Assembly (NCBI GenBank): GCA_030141605.1
Contig: JAQGDQ010001734.1
Span: 1-27,443, forward strand
Direction of reading: 5' to 3'
From: Tubiluchus corallicola
Taxonomy: Eukaryota; Animalia; Priapulida
DNA: 27,443 nt
A model generated the notes under the pieces. It searched no databases. It had not been told where the DNA came from and worked only from the letters and a program-made list of their open reading frames with translations. Position numbers and translations under genes: made by a program. Position 1 is the stretch's first letter, and each line of letters opens with the position of its first letter. This document shows, in pieces, positions 22,610-27,443 of the stretch.

Positions 22610-22792
22610 TTCATTTATCAGTGGGTTTATACTGAGAATTTACGTTGATTAGACTGTCAAATTTCATTAATTTTCTGATACTCAGTGAGACGAATTTCAA
22701 CTGAAGCCAGCACAAGATTAACGCTGCGGATTAAACAGCAATTGATTAATGATTCATGTTAACTATCTTTAATCTTTTATAAAGGAAAAGAG

Positions 22793-23933
22793 AAGTCAAT
22801 TAGCATCTTGGGTTTATAATTTTAAGGACAAGTCAGATAGCATCTTGGGTTTACAATTTTAAGGACAAGTCAGTTAGCATCTTGGGTTTACAATTTTAAG
22901 GACAAGTCAGTTAGCATCTTGGGTTTACAGTTTTAAGGACAAGTCAGTTAGCATCCTGGGTTTACAATTTTAAGGACAAGTCAGTTAGCATCTTGGGTTT
23001 AGAATTTTAAGGACAAGTCAGTTAGCATCTTGGGTTTACAATTTTAAGGACAAGTCAGTTAGCATCTTGGGTTTAGAATTTTAAGGACAAGTCAGTTAGC
23101 ATCTTGGGTTTAGAATTTTAAGGACAAGTCAGTTAGCATCTTGGGTTTACAATTTTAAGAACAAGTCAGTTAGCATCTTGAGTTTACAATTTTAAGGACA
23201 AGTCAGTTAGCATCTTGGGTTTACAATTTTAAGGACAAGTCAGTTAGCATCTTGGGTTTACAATTTTAAGGACAAGTCAGTTAGCATCTTGGGTTTAGAA
23301 TTTTAAGGACAAGTCAGTTAGCATCTTGGGTTTAGAATTTTAAGGACAAGTCAGTTAGCATCTTGGGTTTAGAATTTTAAGGACAAGTCAGTTAGCATCT
23401 TGGGTTTACAATTTTAAGGACAAGTCAGTTAGCATCTTGGGTTTACAATTTTAAGAACAAGTCAGTTAGCATCTTGAGTTTACAATTTTAAGGACAAGTC
23501 AGTTAGCATCTTGGGTTTACAATTTTAACGACAAGTCAGTTAGCATCTTGGGTTTGCAATTTTAAGGACAAGTCAGTTAGCAGCTTGGGTTTACAATTTT
23601 AAACACAAGTCAGTTAGCATCTTGGGTTTACAATTTTAAGGACAAGTCAGTTAGCATCTTGGGTTTACAATTTTAAGGACAAGTCAGTTAGCATCTTGGG
23701 TTTACAATTTTAAGGACAAGTCAGTTAGCATCTTGGGTTTACAATTCTAATGACAAGTCAGTTAGCATCTTGGGTTTACAATTTTAACGACAAGTCAGTT
23801 AGCATCTTGGGTTTACAATTTTAAGGACAAGTCAGTTAGCATCTTAGGTTTACAGTTTTAAGGACAAATCAGTTAGCATCTTGGGTTTACAGTTTTAAGG
23901 ACAAGTCAGTTAGCATCTTGGGTTTACAATTTT
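22793..23933. repeat. 37-bp tandem array, about 31 copies
   Basis: Unit AAGTCAGTTAGCATCTTGGGTTTACAATTTTAAGGAC, period 37. Confidence 0.98.
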
Positions 23934-24908
23934 TTAATGCTATCACGTAAATTTAGAAAAAAATATGACAAAGAAATTGGCAAAAAACTGAACAGAAGCG
24001 GTACCTGAAGTAGCCTTCAGAAAAATCGCCTTAAGAAATTATACTTCTTTATTGCAATTCTATACGTATATCGAACTCGCGTTAAAAGGAATTTTTTGTT
24101 TGTTTTTCATTTTAAATCTGCCGCAGCATTGTTCCGACGGCGCCATTACATGACGTCACAGCGTAAATCAGGAGAACAAAAGGAAATGTTAAACTACGTC
24201 TCAAAAAACTTGCCATGCAAATCTATATTACGTATTTAGCTATTCGCTTACCTGCTCGAAAGACTTATGTAACTAGATATAATAATTTAAACTCTTCGTG
24301 CCAATTGGTAAAATGTCGCTGGCTCACCCTCCAGGGCGCGCCACTTACTAACCAAAAACGTATTTCTAATCTTATTGACAAGATACAGTAATTTAAAATT
24401 TTACTTAGTTAGTTCAATTGTGCGTTACGAATGCTCTGATTATTTTCAAACTTCACGCAATATTACCTTAACTTGTTTCAAACGATCTACCACAAAAAAT
24501 GGCTGCGCCTAACAGTCATCGAGGTGGTCTAAATTGGCAAGTTTTATACAGCGTTTCTGCCTACGCAAGCCCTGCTTGCAAAAAGGCAGTACGCAAGTGG
24601 TATAACATTGCAAGATGAATTTTTTAAGCTTTATTAAAGTGGATGGTTTTCTTGTACTTTAAAGTTAGTTTATGCTACTGCTGTATAGAAATTTTCAGGC
24701 GTGGTGGTAGCCAACATTCGTTTGAAAATTATGACGTAACTGGTGGACTTCTCGACTTTTGATAAATGCATTGTCACTTTCCGTAAGCGCACGTTGGTTA
24801 AAGAAATTCAACATTTGTAGCTTACCCAATGTCAACGCAAAAATATCATCTAATTTTGGTAAAAACCTGTTATACTTTTGGCAGAAATGGACAGTACGCT
24901 GGTTTTCT

Positions 24909-25805
24909 TCAGTCAATGAACGACGTCATTGGTGGAAGAATTGGTAATCAAAGTGTGAGTGCCCAAGCCTGAAATGATCAGTCAATGAACGACGTCATTG
25001 GTGGAAGAATTGGTAATCAAAGTGTGAGCGCCCAAGCGTGAAATGATCAGTCAATGAACGACGTCATTGGTGGAAGAATTGGTAATCAAAGTGTGAGCGC
25101 TCGAGCGTGAAATAATCAGTCAATGAACGACGTCATTGGTGGAAGAATTGGTAATCAAAGTGTGAGTGCCTAAGCCTGAAATGATCAGTCAATGAACGAC
25201 GTCATTGGTGGAAGAATTGGTAATCAAAGTGTAAGCGCCCAAGCTTGAAATGATCAGTCAATGAACGACGTCATTGGTGGAAGAATTGGTAATCAAAGTG
25301 TGAGCGCTCGAGCGTGAAATAATCAGTCAATGAACGACGTCATTGGTGGAAGAATTGGTAATCAAAGTGTGAGTGCCCAAGCCTGAAATGATCAGTCAAT
25401 GAACGACGTCATTGGTGGAAGAATTGGTAATCAAAGTGTGAGCGCCCAAGCGTGAAATGATCAGTCAATGAACGACGTCATTGGTGGAAGAATTGGTAAT
25501 CAAAGTGTGAGCGCTCGAGCGTGAAATAATCAGTCAATGAACGACGTCATTGGTGGAACAATTAATAATCAAAATGTGAGCGCCCAAGCGTGAAATGATC
25601 AGTCAATGAACGACGTCATTGGTGGAAGAATTGGTAATCAAAGTGTGAGCGCCCAAGCGCGAAATGATCAGTCAATGAACGACGTCATTGGTGGAAGAAT
25701 TGGTAATCAAAGTGTGAGCGCCCAAGCATGAAATGATCAGTCAATGAATGACGTCACTGGTGGAAGAATTGGTAATCAAAGTGTAAGCGCCCAAGCGTGA
25801 AATGA
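24909..25805. repeat. 69-bp tandem array, 13 copies
   Basis: TCAGTCAATGAACGACGTCATTGGTGGAAGAATTGG... starts at 24909, 24978 ... 25737. Confidence 0.98.
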
Positions 25806-26318
25806 TGGCGATTTTAAAGTGATTTTGCTAATTAACCGAGGCGCTTATCGAGCTTCTAACAACTTTCATAAAGATCAAAATAAACGCAATTTCCCAGAAG
25901 TCTTGGTCTTTCCTTTAAAACTTTACCGCAATTAACTTTTGAAGTCGTGTTTGCTCTGAAAGCAGTTTAATTAAATCAGAAACTGTAGGACATTGCATTG
26001 CAATGGTTAAATTAGAAGTATGCTCAGCCATTAAAAGAATCGATTGGTGGTTAGGGAGGGAAATCTATATTGAAGCTCAATTAAACTCTATTTGTTTTAT
26101 TGCCCTGCTTGCTTACGTCACGAGTTATACGATCTTCAGTTTAGCTCGACTGAGGACTTCATTATGCGATAAAATGCTCCCATATTTTATAAGCTTATTT
26201 TATAATTGCAATAAAATGGCATAACGATTACTTCGCTGTGTTACGCTGAATTTACTCTAATGTCGTGTAGATTTACTGTCAAGAGACTCACTGCTGAAAC
26301 AAACTAAGAACAACACGA

Positions 26319-27443
26319 TATTCACAACTTATGCCATGCAATAAACCCACAACTTTGTACCTAGATTTACTGTATATTCACAACTTGTGCCAAGCAACTA
26401 ACACCACAACTTTTGTGCCTACACTTACTGTATATTTACCACTTATGTCATGCAATAAAACCACAACTTTTGTGGCTAGACTTACTGTATGTTCACAACT
26501 TATGTCATGCAATAAACCCACAACTTTTGTGCCTAGACTTACCGTATATTTTCCACTTATGTCATGCAACTAGCACCACAACTTTTGTGCCTAGATTTAC
26601 TGTATATTCACATCTTATGTCATGCAGTAAACCCACAATTTTTGTGCTTAGGTTTACTGTATATTCACAACTTACGCCATGCAACTAGCACCACAACTTT
26701 TGAGCCTAGACTTACTGTATGTTCACAACTTATGTCATGCAATAAACCCACAATTTTTGTGCCTAAACTTACTGTATAGTCACAACTTATGTCATGCAGT
26801 AAAACCACAACTTTTGTGCCTAGACTTACCGTATATTTTCCACTTATGTCATGCAACTAACACGACAACTTTGTACGTAGATTAATTGTATATTCACAAC
26901 TTATGCCATGCAACTAGCCCACAACTTTTATGCCTAGATTTACTGTATATTCACAACTTATGTCATGCAATAAACCCACAACTTTTGTGCCTAGATTTAC
27001 TGTATATTCACAACTTATGTCATGAAATAAACCCACTGTGCCTAGACTTACTGTATATTCACAACTTATGTTATGCAATAAACCCACAACTTTGTACCTA
27101 GATTTACTGTATATTCAAAACTTATGCCATGCAATAAACCCACAATTTTTGTGCCTAGACTTACTGTATGTTCGCAACTTATGTCATGCAATAAACCCAC
27201 AACTTGTGTACCTAGATTTACTGTATATTCACATCTTATGTCATGCAGTAAACCCAGAATTTTTGTGCTTAGGTTTACTGTATATTCACAACTTATGGCA
27301 TGCAACTAACACCACAACTTTTGTGCCTACACTTACTGTATATTCGCAACTTATGTCATGCAATAAACCCACAACTTTTGTGCCTAGACTTACTGTATGT
27401 TCACAACTTATGTCATGCAATAAACCCACAACTTTTGTGCCTA
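26319..27443. repeat. About 57-58-bp minisatellite, about 20 copies, running off the window
   Basis: Unit TATTCACAACTTATGTCATGCAATAAACCCACAACTTTTGTGCCTAGATTTACTGTA with substitutions and small indels. Confidence 0.96.

Larger units (their letters stand above)
22783..25914 (-). mobile_element. Kolobok-like family A copy expanded to 3.1 kb by two internal tandem arrays and an extra segment of about 0.67 kb
   Basis: ATAA|AGGAAAAGAGAAGTCA at the left and CTTGGTCTTTCCT|TTAA at the right. The non-repeated segments 23935-23990, 24660-24908 and 25806-25914 align in order with the reverse complement of 4729-5248 and 22310-22609. Confidence 0.75.

Noticed and set aside
12863-27443. CRISPR-like appearance of the 31-, 37-, 57-, 69- and 80-bp arrays
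   Set aside because: The units are head-to-tail with no unique spacers, there are no cas genes, and the context is eukaryotic.

Overview
AT-rich, repeat-dense animal (invertebrate) nuclear DNA that looks mostly intronic. The 5S-derived sequence resembles the mollusc/lophotrochozoan type as I recall it, which is tentative. It is not prokaryotic, has no CRISPR array, and nearly all ORFs in the supplied track are translations of micro- or minisatellites. Supported content: (1) a 524-bp SINE with a complete 5S rRNA head, a GC-rich body, an RTE-type hairpin plus (CCAA)n tail, and an 8-bp target-site duplication (4193-4716); (2) a family of TTAA-flanked, AGG...CCT-ended (Kolobok-like) non-autonomous DNA transposons present five times, one copy of which (22783-25914) has grown to 3.1 kb because two of its internal segments were amplified into 37-bp and 69-bp tandem arrays; (3) a second dispersed repeat present as an inverted pair; (4) other minisatellites (80, 141, about 31, about 57 bp) and composite repeats; (5) a perfect inverted duplication of a complex microsatellite at the window start; (6) a signal-peptide-type coding exon on the minus strand (11021-11125) with candidate small downstream exons; (7) a candidate plus-strand TATA/Inr promoter with a first-exon splice donor near 6.4 kb.
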